Below are positions 40,556 through 54,138 of a DNA stretch of 64,000 nucleotides, piece after piece; position 1 is the stretch's first letter, and each line of letters starts with the position of its first letter. A program made the position numbers and the translations under genes. This stretch comes from Octopus sinensis (Eukaryota), in assembly GCF_006345805.1 (NCBI RefSeq), contig NC_042999.1:160332001-160396000 (forward strand), given 5' to 3'. The notes beneath the pieces were generated by a model. It searched no databases. It had not been told where the DNA came from and worked only from the letters and a program-made list of their open reading frames with translations.

Positions 40556-40942
40556 TCTCTCTCTATATAAACGGCAGTTTGTCTGTGCGTGTTTCTGTGT
40601 GTCTGTTTGCTTGTACCCTCACCCTGACCACGGCTTTCAACCGATTCTGATGAAACTTGACACACACATAGCCCAACGTCATAATTCAAAACTAACGCAG
40701 CGAAAATTTTGAAAAGTTCCCCCAGTTCTGAAAAAATCAATAAATTCGACATGGGGTCGAGAATCAGAAACACGAACCACAAACTGTCTAGGGGACGCAA
40801 CTCCACCTTTTTTAAATCTCAAAAAAAAAATTTACCATAATTTTTTTTCCATTTTTTTTGCTATTTTTTGGCTATCACTCTCTAAAAATGCTTTATAGTT
40901 ATTTCCCTTACAAACCTGAGCAACGCCGGGCGATACTGCTAG
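40556..40942 (+). mobile_element. Non-autonomous Helitron
   Basis: A|TCTCTCTATATATAAA...CTGAGCAACGCCGGGCGATACTGCTAG|T. Confidence 0.8.
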
Positions 40943-42904
40943 TATACATATAAAGCTCATTCAGCGAGACCTGGTTTCGTAACCTGGTTTTGATTCACGA
41001 GTTCACTTACGTTGCTAATGTCACTGGAGGCGACGTGAAAGACACAAGCATTATTTGTACTCCTCTAAAGTTAAAATAACCTACAGTAGTCATTGATCGA
41101 GACTATTCTCTGCGAACAGTCGGACCGGCTTTATTTTCCTTTTTACATGAATAATTTGTTGGCGTTTGTGCTCAGTCTTTATGACCGAGACAATAAATTA
41201 GATACAAAGCAACACTGTAATACATGCTATGATACTTCACTTTCACTTATACTACGTTCCATTGTCACTGATTTTGAAAATATTTTTAGCTTTTAAATAA
41301 TCTCCATATTGATCGTCTGTAGTTCACATTTCATAAAGTAACTAAAAGTGATTATAACGAATGAGTTTCTAAATAGAGTAAATTGTAATTGTAAAAAAGA
41401 AGTTTCTTGATTACGACAAAAACAAAACTTAACGATAATATTGATCATGGAGAGAACAGAGCATATAAGAAGGGATTAGTTGGTACAGAAAGCCAAGGAT
41501 TAGGGGCACAGAAAACCAAGGAAGGTCCACTTGCCTCTCTGTTGATCCCATCCCTAAAAAACATCAAAAACTCACAATCCCCATAGATATTGAAAAGAAA
41601 GAACCACTCCGAACGGAGATCCGAAATCAGAGCTGTTTTGCCTGATCCAATTTTGCATGATCCAATTTCTCTAGTCGGTCCAAGCAGTAGGTGCGACTGA
41701 AGAAATTTCCTGTTTGTTAGACTGAAATTCGATGCTCTACTTTTCGTTACATTTATTTTGACATCCGACCGTTTGATATGAAGTGCTTTAGGTAAACGCA
41801 GGCGGCATGACCATATGGTCAAGAAGTTCAGTTTGTAATCACGACGTCTCTGGTTCAATCGCACTGTATGGCATCGTAGGCAAATGTTTTTTACCTTAGC
41901 ATTGAATCGACCTTTATGAGTGAAAATGGTTACCTGGAAACAGTTGTATGGGTACCTGTAATTTAATAGCCCTACCTTATTGAATATTGTATTACACTGA
42001 TTCTACCAACTTTAGGGTTGCATGTATCTGCTGCATATTCAGCCTCTTGTACTCAATTTAACTAGTAAGTATTTCAGTTGATGGAACAATTGAATAGTCA
42101 TCGTCGAAACCGAAGAACGTAGATGGCTGAGTCAAAAGTCTATGGACTAATAAGCCTCAAATTTGGCAAAGGATTCCCTATCATCAGTATTGCATTATAA
42201 CTATGGCTATGTCACTTTACTCGCAAATGACCACATCCACGTAACTGTCTAAAGGAACATGGCATTACTGTGAGGCTTGTCTGCAAATGCAAAATCAGTG
42301 AATGTTCAACAGCTTTCAGTTCTTAGTTCATTTCTTCTTGAGTGAATAGTTTGTATTCTGCATTTCTAACTTAGCCTACATGAACACAAAACATTGGTAC
42401 CCGCCTGAATTATTGGAATCAAGTTTTTAATCACTTTGAATCAAATATGTCATTCCTTCTCAAACAAGATGCAAACTAGATGCATTTATTCATTTTTACA
42501 AGCTACTAACCAAAAATAATTTCTTCAATTTTATTTCCATCAACAAAAAAAAAGGTTACTATCGGTGAGGGGTAGTGGAAGTGGTGGAAGTGGTGGTGAC
42601 AGTAGTCGTTGTCGTCTGCTGTTTTTTGCGGTGGATGATGATGATTGCAATAATTTATTCGGTCGCTAGAACAGCAATGTAATCTTAGTCATTAAGCAGT
42701 ATATGTACTCTACATTCACGGGATAGGCCAGCGAAATTAAACACCTAAGGATATGAATTTATTTATTTGTTTATTTATCTATTCATAACCCATGCTGTAT
42801 TGGTACATTTGCACTCAGTGTCAGGCCATCAGCCTTATTCACTATTATGTAAATATATTGTGTCAGGCACACGTTTTGTCTATGTTCTAATTAGTAACCT
42901 TTCG

Positions 42905-43287
42905 CTTATCAAAGAAGCTTGAGAGGCGGTTAGATGGAACCTACACTCACCTCCTTATGAGAGCTCAAAATCTCTCGTGGAAGCGCCATCCAACCAAAAT
43001 GCAAATATATGGGAAACTACCACCTGTGTCATCTCTTGTGAAAGGTAGGAGAGTCCAGTTTTTTGGACATTGTTGTAGAGCTGAAAAAGAAGTAATTTCT
43101 ACTCTTCTCCTCTGGAAGCCATCTACTCGCAATACCAGAGGGCGCACACTCTCCTACCCTGATGTAATCTCCAGGGATACAGGCATCCAGCAACAGGACC
43201 TCCGTAATGCCACGATGGACCGTGAAGTCTGGCGTAGCATGGTAAATTCCATTGTCTCGACCACGGTCGAACAATGATGATGATGAT
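42905..43287 (+). mobile_element. 5'-truncated RTE-like LINE 3' end
   Basis: Near-identical to 28784-29140; (TGA)n tail directly after the stop. Confidence 0.88.
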
Positions 43288-43692
43288 CTATTATCAGCAG
43301 TTAGGAGAAATGAGCGAATTCTGGTAAATCATTAAATAACCATGAAGACAGTCGTTCCGAATCTGTTGAATGAGACCTCGTCGGGTTAATTTCACAGCGA
43401 GACAAAAGACATATCGATATGATTCTTACTTTCATATTGATGGAAAGTTTTGTTTGTCATCGGCAGTTTGAGAAGAAGAGATCAGTGGATGTTTATGAAT
43501 TGTTAAATAACAATGAAATTGGTCGGTTCGGACTTTATTACAAGCCGCTGAAAATGTCAACGTGGAGTTTTATTCCATTGTGAGATAAAATACATATGTA
43601 TATATATTGTTTCTGCATTCATTAATAACCGTTTCCAATACAGGTAATGCACGGCAATTTTGGTTCCCTACTGATTCGGCAATACATCTCTC

Positions 43693-44107
43693 GGATCTTT
43701 TCGGTTTGAACGGCAGTTTTTTTCTAGCGGTGTCATATGAAATTGTTACCCATAATTATGACCCTAGAATCAATCTATTGCATTTAAATCTATTTTAGGG
43801 TTAGGGGTGGGGGGAAGGGTATCTTTTTTTTCTTCACAAATGTAAATAAACCCAATCTGTTTCTTAAACGAGGGACATATTCATACGGCACATAATGTTT
43901 TTTTTTACCTCAATAGTGTGAGTGATTGGTTGAAATTGCAGAAATTGAAGACAAAAAGCAACAAATATCTTACAAACTATAGAATTTTCTCAATAAAGCC
44001 AAGAGAAAAAGATGTTTTATAAACACATTCTACCAGTATACAAAGTTTAAAATTTTTTAGTTACCTAGAAATTATGTTAAAAACTGCCGTTCAAACCGAA
44101 AAGATCC
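43693..44107. mobile_element. MITE with GG-starting TIRs and 8-bp TSD (Merlin-like)
   Basis: TIR GGATCTTTTCGGTTTGAACGGCAGTTTTT perfect at both ends; TSD CATCTCTC. Confidence 0.88.
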
Positions 44108-45043
44108 CATCTCTCTTATATACACTTAGATACATTCTTTATGTAATCAGTCAGCCTCTTGCAAATAGCAGCCAAATCTCCCTCCCTTACATGATACCCT
44201 GCTGTCTTGAAATGAGGGTGATATACTGAATGAAGTAGTTTTAAATGCGCAACACTTCTTTAGAAAACAAGAATGTCATGGCTGGAGTGCCATTAATTAT
44301 ACATCTGTTCAGTTAGGGTTGACCCGAAGGCCAAGCAAACAACTTTAATACTACTGATTTCTTTTTTTTTTTTTACTTCCGTGGTTAGGAGAAATGAACG
44401 AATTCTAGTAAATCATTAAATAAGAATGAAGTCAGGCGTTTCGAAAAGATGTTTTTTCAGAATGGTCAAAACTGGATCACCTTTGATGATAGATAGGTCT
44501 GTTCAGTCAGGATTGATATGGCACTTAAACAACAACTACAACAGCAAAGGCGACTTTAATTAACAATCAGATATAATTAAGTTAACAAATGATCTAAAGC
44601 ATTCAAGTCGATTGCAGGTGTCTTATAAATGGCAGAGAAATGTGTAGACACGACACAACAGTCAGTAGCTAGTTGTGTTTAACACAATCTGCCCCAAAAG
44701 TAGCTTTATTTTTATATTTTATTCCGTGTCATGGTCACGTTTAGTCACTGTAGATGAGGATGTGCTCACAGCTATTTCTTCATTCTTCGGTATCCGCTGT
44801 CGTCGTTAAAAAGCGGATGACACGTCCGGATTGCAATTTTTTTTTTTCTTTTTTTCTTTGCTTATTTTTTTTCCCCTTTTAACATTATGCACTTTCAATA
44901 GGAAATGAGTGTCTATGTATGTACGTAGGTATTTATGCAAAGACGCATGCACATACAAATACCCATATATATACAGGAACACAGCCACCCATCCATCCAT
45001 CCATCCATACATACATAAATCCATACATCCATCCATCCATACA

Positions 45044-45077
<34 letters not shown>

Positions 45078-45119
45078 CATACATAATTCATACATGTATG
45101 TGTGTGTTTATGTATGTAT

Positions 45120-45183
<64 letters not shown>

Positions 45184-45229
45184 GCCACGCACACAGGCTT
45201 AATACATACACACATATATTCATATATAT

Positions 45230-45349
<120 letters not shown>

Positions 45350-45728
45350 CTCCGGAGGAGAAGAATGGTATGTTGCTGAACTTCCGTCCTGTCCCTGCTA
45401 GTAGTTTGCCTGGCGACGAGATAATCACGCTGTACCCACTCACAGGGTTACACCGAAACATCGTCTACAGGCAATTTTAGTTGAGGTAAATGAATGAAAT
45501 CAAATTAAGATATGGATATAAATGTTATTCTAAAAGCTTATTCCCTGCTAAAATAGCGGGCTGGAAGTCTCTTCTTTAGCAACAGAGCCCGGAAAGGTGG
45601 CCACTACGAAAGACAGATCCCTCTTATAATATTCCCGTCATTGTTCAAGGACTAGTTGCGCTACTCAGCGGTTCGTCACAAACAAACCCTGGGGTGACGG
45701 CACTAAGAAGTGATGTGTATATACCTCG

Positions 45729-45882
45729 AGCATGGCTGTGTGGTAAGAAGCTTGCTTCCCAACCACGTGGTTCCGGGTTCGGTATCACTGTATGCCACTT
45801 TGGGCAAATGTCTTCTACTATAGTCTCGCGTCGACCAAGGCCTTTTAAGTAGATTTGGTAGATGGAAACTTACAGAAGTCTG
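45729..45882 (+). mobile_element. SINE B 5' half
   Basis: Family match. Confidence 0.75.
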
Positions 45883-45892
45883 TCACACACAC

Positions 45893-46077
45893 ACACACGA
45901 TTTTTTTTTCCTCTGTCTTCCCTTCTCGGGATCTTTCCTTCTCCTATGTTTCCGACGAAGAGCTCCGTTCGAAACGTTAAACCCTCCTTCTTCCCTTCTT
46001 TCCTGAGCGTCCAATAATATTTTATTTGTTCCACGTCCTTGCGTTGTTGTGTTTTTTTGTTTTCTTGTTTGGATTAA

Positions 46078-46080
<3 letters not shown>
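45893..46080 (+). mobile_element. Penelope-like terminus family (copy 2) carrying a minimal hammerhead
   Basis: Homologous to 17207-17391; ends in (TA)n. Confidence 0.65.
45948..45982 (+). ncRNA. Minimal variant type I hammerhead motif
   Basis: GUUU-CCGACGA-A-GAGC(UCC)GUUC-GAAA-CG-UU-AAAC; U4C core variant; palindromic stem III. Confidence 0.55.
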
Positions 46081-46139
<59 letters not shown>

Positions 46140-46229
46140 CATCATATATAAATGTCCTGAATGGAATTTGGGGTGAGTTATCTCGCCTGTCCATGTAGAT
46201 TTGGTAGATGGAATGTTACAGAAGTCTGT

Positions 46230-46261
<32 letters not shown>

Positions 46262-46793
46262 CACATACATCAATATATCGATGTCCATCACTCCTGAATG
46301 GGATTTGGGGTGAGTTATCTCGCCTGTCCATGACTCAGATATTTTAACACCGGCAATTTGAGAGACACACTAACTGTATTCGTTAAATATATGAGTTCAA
46401 TAATTTTTATTACACTACCGCTGCTTCTCTTTCATGTTTCCATATATTCTCATGTATGCATTGCCAGGGCATACTAACACATAGTTTTCACACTATATGC
46501 ACAGAGGTCGTGGACTGGCAATATGATTCATCGCTGATCCAGTTCGGATACGCGATGTTGATAAGCCACAAAAATGGTGAAACATCAGTGTCTTTTGCTC
46601 CTGAAAGGGATCTGGGGTGGATTATCTCACCTGTCCATGACGTTCAGGTGTTTTAACATTCGGCACTTTGAGAGAGTTTTCTCCACCGCGCTAATCGCAG
46701 CCTATGTTAGTGCGTTAAATATGTTGTTCGTAATGTTTGTTACATTGGCACTGCTTCTATTTCCTATCTATCTCCTATCTATCTATCTGTCTG

Positions 46794-46858
<65 letters not shown>

Positions 46859-46868
46859 ATATATCTAT

Positions 46869-46914
<46 letters not shown>

Positions 46915-47818
46915 ATTATACTTTATTAAAAGCGGCACACGAGAAACTCAGAGTAACAGATTTTTGTTGAATTTTTTGCTGCTTTAAATAAAGCATATTA
47001 CTCTACCACTGGTACTTGAGTACTCTTTTTTTCCACCTTGTTTCACATTTATGTGTTTACTCAGTATATTATATATATATTATATATATATATTATATAT
47101 ATATATTTATCGGATCATTAGTAATATTTAAAAGATAAGGTGTTTCTCTTCTGTATGTCCTGTTAAGCATGTCCAGTGATACACATTAACCTGTTATAGC
47201 AGTTTCCAGACCGATGTACATGTTTATGCGCATCCGCGAAAACAAAAATTATCGTCGACGCTATTTGAAATTTTTACTTCGCGGTTCAGTCTTACGCTAT
47301 TCGTGCAATTTGATTTTCGTTTGTGATATAACACATCTAAATATATTTATTGCTAAGTGTATACTCGGCGGAATTATGATGTAAGCACGTGCTAAAACTC
47401 CTCTTAACTTTTTTATTTGTGGTTTTAAAATACGGACTGAATCTACCATTCGTTTCTCTTTATAATTTCCAACTATTTTTTTTAATATTTCAAAATCAAA
47501 ATCGCATAAATATGTGTGCCAAAAACAGTAGTTAAAAGTTACGGAAACAAGATTTTTGGGAGATCTCTTATTATGACAGACGCTGCAATTGTTTTTGCTT
47601 CAGCACACGATCTCAGATCAAGTCACTTGCTATGCAAGTACATCTCCGTAATTTAATTTTCATTTATGCCAGAATTTTCGTTGCTCCACCGGTATCACAG
47701 ACGAACTTTATTCAGGACAGACACCAGCTGACAGACCAGATTTAACTGACACAGTATTTAATATGAAGCTTAGGGATCTCTTACATGATATTTTGGAGAA
47801 GAATGTTTTGGGAGCGGT

Positions 47819-47918
47819 NNNNNNNNNNNNNNNNNNNNNNNNNNNNNNNNNNNNNNNNNNNNNNNNNNNNNNNNNNNNNNNNNNNNNNNNNNNNNNNNNN
47901 NNNNNNNNNNNNNNNNNN
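47819..47918. other. Assembly gap (100 N)
   Basis: N run. Confidence 1.
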
Positions 47919-48053
47919 AAGAAAGTTTAGTAGCACTCCGGTCAACGGCCAGAGAGAGAGGAGAGAGAGAGAGAGGAGAAGAGAGAGAGAGAGAGGAAAG
48001 AGAGAGATGAGAGAATGAGAGGAGAGAGAGAGAGAGAGGAGAAGAGAGCAGAG

Positions 48054-48087
<34 letters not shown>

Positions 48088-48215
48088 GAGAAGAGAGAAG
48101 AGAGGAGAGATCATATATAAGATCATAAAAGTTGAAGCAAACCAAATGACCTTCTGCTTAATCAAAAAAAAAAATAGTTTTGGGAATCCATTTTTTAAAA
48201 GCGTTAAATAAACTA

Positions 48216-48356
48216 TTAGGTTGTCCCAAAAGTTCGTAAACACTTGCGGAAATTGAATTTTTACTTGCCAAGTACTAACAAAAACAACAAAAATTATTCC
48301 TCAAAATAAAGACCATTATTTTCCAAGACTTTCTACGAACTTTTGGGACAACCTTA
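48216..48356. mobile_element. 141-bp mariner-derived MITE
   Basis: TIRs TTAGGTTGTCCCAAAAGTTCGTA / TACGAACTTTTGGGACAACCTTA; TA TSD; retains transposase end KVLENNGLYFEE*. Confidence 0.88.
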
Positions 48357-48860
48357 TATTATATTTATTCTGCTGAATCTTGAGGCTATCCTCCTCCTCC
48401 GTGGTCTTATTCTTCGTCGTCTTGTTTAACACCAAGTTAACCGTAATCTGGTTCAAAGTCATTGTTCAAAGTCTTTCCAGCCGTGACTACCACGTCTTTA
48501 TCCTATGCTCAAGTTACCCAGGACCACATTACGTAACAAGTCCTTTTCTAAGAAATTAGGCTAAAATTTTGAAGAACATTTGGCAACTAATTCTAACAGG
48601 TCGTGCAACCACATACAACCATACTCGCTCGGTCTTGTTGACGCCAACTAAAAAAAGTGTAGAAATAGGAAACGTACTGAAAAGCGCTTAACTGATTATC
48701 GTCAAAGCCATTCAATCGGAAATAAATGCATCAGAAAAAGGAGTGTCTTGATAGAATTAAATTACTTAATTATTACTGTCGAACTTCACGTGCGCGCGCA
48801 TAGTTTTACATCCGCACACCCACACACAAAATACATACATATGTAGTGTATTATATATAT

Positions 48861-48933
<73 letters not shown>

Positions 48934-49030
48934 ATAAAATAATATATATATATTATGCATATATATATATATATATATATATGAATATATAATATATAAT
49001 ATATATATATATACTATATATGTATATATA

Positions 49031-49436
49031 GGCGCAGGAGTGGTTGTGTGGTAAGTAGCTTGTCTACCAACCACATGGTTCTGGGTTCAGTCCCACTGCG
49101 TGGCATCTTGGGCCAAGTGTCTTCTGCTATAGCCCCGGCCGACCATGCCTTGTGAGTGGATTTGGTAGAGGGAAACTGAAAGAAGACCGTATATATGTAT
49201 ATATATATATGTGTGTGTGTGTATGTGTGTTGTGTGTCTGTCTTGTCCCCCTAGCATTGCTTGACAACCGATGCTGGGTGTTTACGTCCCCGTCACTTAG
49301 CGGTTCGGCCAAAGAGACCGATAGAATAAGTACTGGGCTTACAAAGAATAAGTCCTGGGGTCGATTTGCTCGACTAAAGGCGGTGCTCCAGCATGGCCGC
49401 AGTGAAATGACTGAAACAAGTAAAAGAGTAAAAGAG
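49031..49436 (+). mobile_element. SINE B, full length
   Basis: Family match. Confidence 0.92.
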
Positions 49437-49477
49437 TATATATATACACAGATGTAGATAGATAGATAGATAGATAG

Positions 49478-49529
<52 letters not shown>

Positions 49530-49597
49530 CAGATAAACACACAAACACAAACACAGTATGTGCGTGTGTATATATGTGTGTTGGATCTTTCTTTTAG

Positions 49598-49812
49598 TCT
49601 TACTTTTACTTATTTCAGTCATTTGACTGCGGCCATGCTGGAGCACTGCCTTAAAGGGTGTTAGTCGAAGAAATTGACCCCAGGACTTATTCTTTGTGGG
49701 CCTAGTACTTATTCTATCGGGGACATAAACACGCCAACATCGGTTGTCAAACGATGGCGGGGAAGGGGAAACAAACACAGACACACACAAATATATACAT
49801 ATATATACATAC

Positions 49813-49864
<52 letters not shown>

Positions 49865-49950
49865 CTTCCACTCACAAGGCTTTGGTAGGCCCGAGGCTAT
49901 AATAGAAGGCACAAGGGGCCACACAGTGGAAGTGAACCGAGAACCATGTG
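49598..49950 (-). mobile_element. SINE B with deletions
   Basis: Reverse family match. Confidence 0.82.
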
Positions 49951-50084
49951 CCTATCTTGTTAAAATTCTTCTAATGAGTCTAACGAGTTGAGGTTTATTA
50001 AATTTTCACCTCATTATTTTTCAAAACATACTCTGATGAGGCTTTACAGACGAAAACTGCATCCAATTTATTATTATTATTATT

Positions 50085-50879
50085 GAGTGAGAGAGCAGTG
50101 CATGCCATCAAAGTGACACTGGGGTAAAATATACGAAGCCCAATATACCCATCATGACTACCCGTCTGATAAGAGTACACCAGGCACATGCATCACAACC
50201 ATATGTGCGCCACATGGTGATCTCATATCAAGATTAACAGCACATGACCTTGCAGGTGGGGCCCAGTTAGAAATTTCTTCAGGTTGAGTAGCCCATCCCG
50301 CTCAAAAGGTCCCTGAATAAGGGTTGTTTAAGGATGTTGAAAGAACCACCCATGTTTCCAGAGGTGAATTATTCAAACCCCAAAGAATCCCTCTCAACAC
50401 ATGGCTATGATGCTCCCCCACTACTTCTGCTCGTGATCAGAGATGCACATATCGTCAGCCACTAAGGGACATGCTCAACTTGTTAAGGTCAAACAACTGA
50501 CAAGCAAATCTGTGGTATTGAGCAGAATATTTGCTGTAGCCCATCTTTTATACCTATTTCTTTATTACCCACAAGGGGCTACACACAGAGGGGACAAACA
50601 ATGACAGACATAGGTATTAAGTCGATTACATCGACCCCAGTGCGTAACTGGTACTTTATTTATCGACCCCGAGAGGATGAAAGGCAAAGTCGACCCCGGC
50701 GGAAATTGAACTCAGAACGTAACGACAGACGAAATACCGCTAAGTATTTCGTCCGGCGCGCTAACGTTTCTGCCAGCTCGCCGCCTCTTTTATACCAAGA
50801 CAAAACAATGTACATGATAACACTTCCAATCAGTTAAGATCAGAAGCCATGAGAGCCACTGCCTGGTACGGCATCAGGG

Positions 50880-50880
<1 letters not shown>
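50085..50880. mobile_element. Unclassified non-coding element bounded by (TTA)n, interrupted by SINE C
   Basis: Sharp boundaries with TTA tracts on both sides; GC richer than the flanks. Confidence 0.55.
50555..50785 (-). mobile_element. SINE C monomer, 11-bp TSD
   Basis: TSD TCTTTTATACC at 50544-50554 and 50786-50796. Confidence 0.92.
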
Positions 50881-50963
<83 letters not shown>

Positions 50964-50987
50964 TAATGATGATGATGATGATGATGA

Positions 50988-51062
<75 letters not shown>

Positions 51063-51131
51063 ATAAAAATAATAAATAATATAATAATAATATAATAATA
51101 ATAATAATAATAATAATATAATAATAATAAT
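50881..51131. repeat. Compound trinucleotide tract TTA/TAA/TGA/CGA/CAA
   Basis: Directly visible; single-base stepwise motif changes. Confidence 0.95.
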
Positions 51132-51329
51132 GTTTCGAAATGCACACACTGTCACCAATTTCCTCCTTTTTATCTTTTAACAGAACGATTCACATTTCAA
51201 GGAATGAAAACATAGGCAATAGAGTAAGCAGTAAGTTCCTTGTGGTAACTAAGAACCAAATATATCCTCACATCTTTAAATAACGAAAAGACGCCCTGAA
51301 TGATATCTTAAATACACAGTCACCGCTAG

Positions 51330-51717
51330 GAGGAGGAAGCACTCCGTCGGTTACGACGACGAGGGTTCCGGTTGATCCGAATCAACGGAACAGCCTGCTC
51401 GTGAAATTAACGTGTAAGTGGCTGAGCACTCCACAGACACGTGTACCCTTAACGTAGTTCTCGGGGATATTCAGCGTGACACAGAGAGTGACAAGGCCGG
51501 CCCTTTGAAATACAGGTACAACAGAAACAGGAAGTAAGAGTGAGAGAAAATTGTGGTGAAAGAGTACAGCAGGGATCACCACCATCCCCTGCCGGAGCCT
51601 CGTGGAGCTTTTAGGTGTTTTCGCTCAATAAACACTCACAACGCCCGGTCTGGGAATCGAAACCGCGATCCTATGACCGCGAGTCCGCTGCCCTAACCAC
51701 TGGGCCATTGCGCCTCC
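51330..51717 (-). mobile_element. SINE head A + tail alpha, 16-bp TSD
   Basis: TSD ACACAGTCACCGCTAG at 51314-51329 and 51718-51733. Confidence 0.93.
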
Positions 51718-52498
51718 ACACAGTCACCGCTAGACGCTTCGTGAATGAAGTGATTTGGGGCCAAACACCAAATATAACTATTAGGCCGTTCGACATGCTA
51801 AAAATAGCAAATTCCGTTATATCTCGCTCTACTATCATAAATCGAAAACACATTATAGAATGTCACTGTATTACTACATTGACCAGACTATCGGATCTTG
51901 TTATACATCACTGGTCACAATGCGCTTCCATTTCTTTCTTGGTCGCACCCTTCTTTTCCATCTTGATCCAAATCATTTAATTAAATTATTTTCTCCTCGT
52001 CATGAAGGCCTTCTTAGTGGCCTTTTGCAATCTCTTGGATACCACTCGGCAACTGCATGGGTTCTACATATCTCTCAAGAGATGGGATGGCTACGATTGG
52101 GAAGTCTCTTCTTGATACATCTGATACATAAGAATTGATCTGGGGTTAAAACAGCTTGCTACCCTAATGCACACACACACTGCATCTCATTTACTTCTCC
52201 ACTCAATCTAAAATCTTTTTATATAAGAAATCAGTATAGTGGTGAGCTGGTTGAGTGTCAGCCTCAGTGTCTTGTGATATTGATTTGCCTTAAGGCGGCC
52301 TTGTGCCAAAATTTGAAACCGATATTTATTTACTTCTATTTACTTTGCTGTCTAAATTTCGTAGGGATCAATTATTCGTTTTATCATTTGGAGACATATA
52401 AAATAAAATCCTAGTCAAATACTGGGGTTGATTTAATCGGCTAACTCCTCCCCCACAAAATTTCTTCCCCTATGCTTGGGTTGGAAAAAAAAGGATTA

Positions 52499-52550
<52 letters not shown>

Positions 52551-53190
52551 GACAGGAATAAATTCTTCAGGCATGGAAGTACCGTCAGCCGGGCTTGACT
52601 GAGATGTGCGAAGAACGACGAAACTGTTCTGCACGCTGTCGTCCAGTGCTCGAGCATTGCTGACTTTACGGCTCGTCACGTGTAAGACAGATCCAGTTAT
52701 CAGCTGAGTCCACTGTGAAGATCGTCTCGCTGCTGTCCTTTGACCGGGAAGGGCAGGCAGTGTTTCTTTGTCCGGTGGCCTTAACGAAAGAAGTTGAGGA
52801 CCAGATTGAAAGTACTGAAGACAGATACTTTTCTCTTTGACCAAGCCGTCATCACTTTGAAAGGAGAGTGAGGCTAGACAGCGAAGTGCTGCCTCCCAGC
52901 AATTTTGTTGGAAAGTGAGTGAATGTTGCAAGAATGCTCCGAGAGAACGGACCAACACTAAATATGCTCCAGTAGGTTGAAGGAGGACGATGTGTAGAGG
53001 GCACTTGCCCTAATAGTCAATGCGACCGTTTTGTGGGGTCTCCACGGGCAGCGCTAGGAAGTCCTCCTTTGAGGAAGTTTTATTATCGTTTTTTCTCTTT
53101 ATATGTTTTATATTATGTCACCCCACATTGTATTGTCCTGTGCAGTCCCCAATATTTTTGTGAATCCTTAGTGGTTAACAAAGAAAACAT
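52551..53190 (+). mobile_element. Older L1/Tx1 3' fragment related to 33657-34750
   Basis: FFRHGS...RCAKNDETVLHAVVQC; similar terminal GTGGTTAACAAAGAAAACA. Confidence 0.75.
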
Positions 53191-53747
53191 TATTAACAGG
53201 ATGGTAGAAACAGAGAGTGTGGCACAAATGCGCGGAGATATTTCGTTACGTTATTCGCCAGAGTCAACTTTGCATTTCATCCTGTCAGAATCCCATTTGA
53301 GTATTAGTGTTTATTTAATTGACTCTGCTTCTTAACACCCAAAGGGTAAGTCTTACACCTAGCTTAGAAATCGATATTTCCTCCTGAACTCATGAGAAAC
53401 CATTAGAACTTGATTCTATTGATGTGAAAAAATATATGTATAAAATGTAATTTTCGGAACATCCTGGATATCTTTGATGATATTTATGAGTCAGAGTTTA
53501 TTTGTACTTTGATTTCTTACTTTGGCACAGGGTTACTATTACAAATATGTCGTAGGCGAGGTTGTGGTCGACTGAATCCAATCAAATGTACATTCATGCT
53601 ACTTCGTTCAATGATCATAGAATAGCCGAACGCAATACACAACTCTGACAGATTTAAACTTGGAACCTTTTCAGCAAAACGTATTTTGATCTGGTGTCCG
53701 GCCATTTAGTCACTCTTATTAATATTATAATTGGTTTGTGTGTGTGT

Positions 53748-53831
<84 letters not shown>

Positions 53832-53934
53832 TACAATCCACACACAGTCCCTCCAAGAAAACTAGACGTTTGTACCATCTGTATGGAAGCAAATATGTTT
53901 GTCTTACATGCATTGGAAATAATAATGGTTGTAA

Positions 53935-54138
53935 ATTTTGATACAAGGCCAGCAATTTCGGGAGAAGGGTTAAGTTGATTACAGCGATCCCCAGTGCTCA
54001 ACCGGTACTTATTTTATGATTCTGAAAGGATGAATAGCAAAGTTGACCTCAGTGGAATTTGAAATCAGAACGTAAGAACAGACGAACTGACGCTACGCAT
54101 TTTACCTGGTGTGCTAACGGTTCTGCTCGCTCGCCGCC
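53935..54138 (-). mobile_element. SINE C, old-type tail
   Basis: Reverse family match. Confidence 0.82.

Noticed and set aside
41445-41864. ORF with GSGKT (Walker A-like)
   Set aside because: The motif overlaps a short tandem duplication and no other NTPase motifs are present; the ORF start lies in a degenerate SINE
50033-50065. CTGATGAG...CGAAA hammerhead-like string
   Set aside because: Stem II is mismatched and there is no stem I or III pairing
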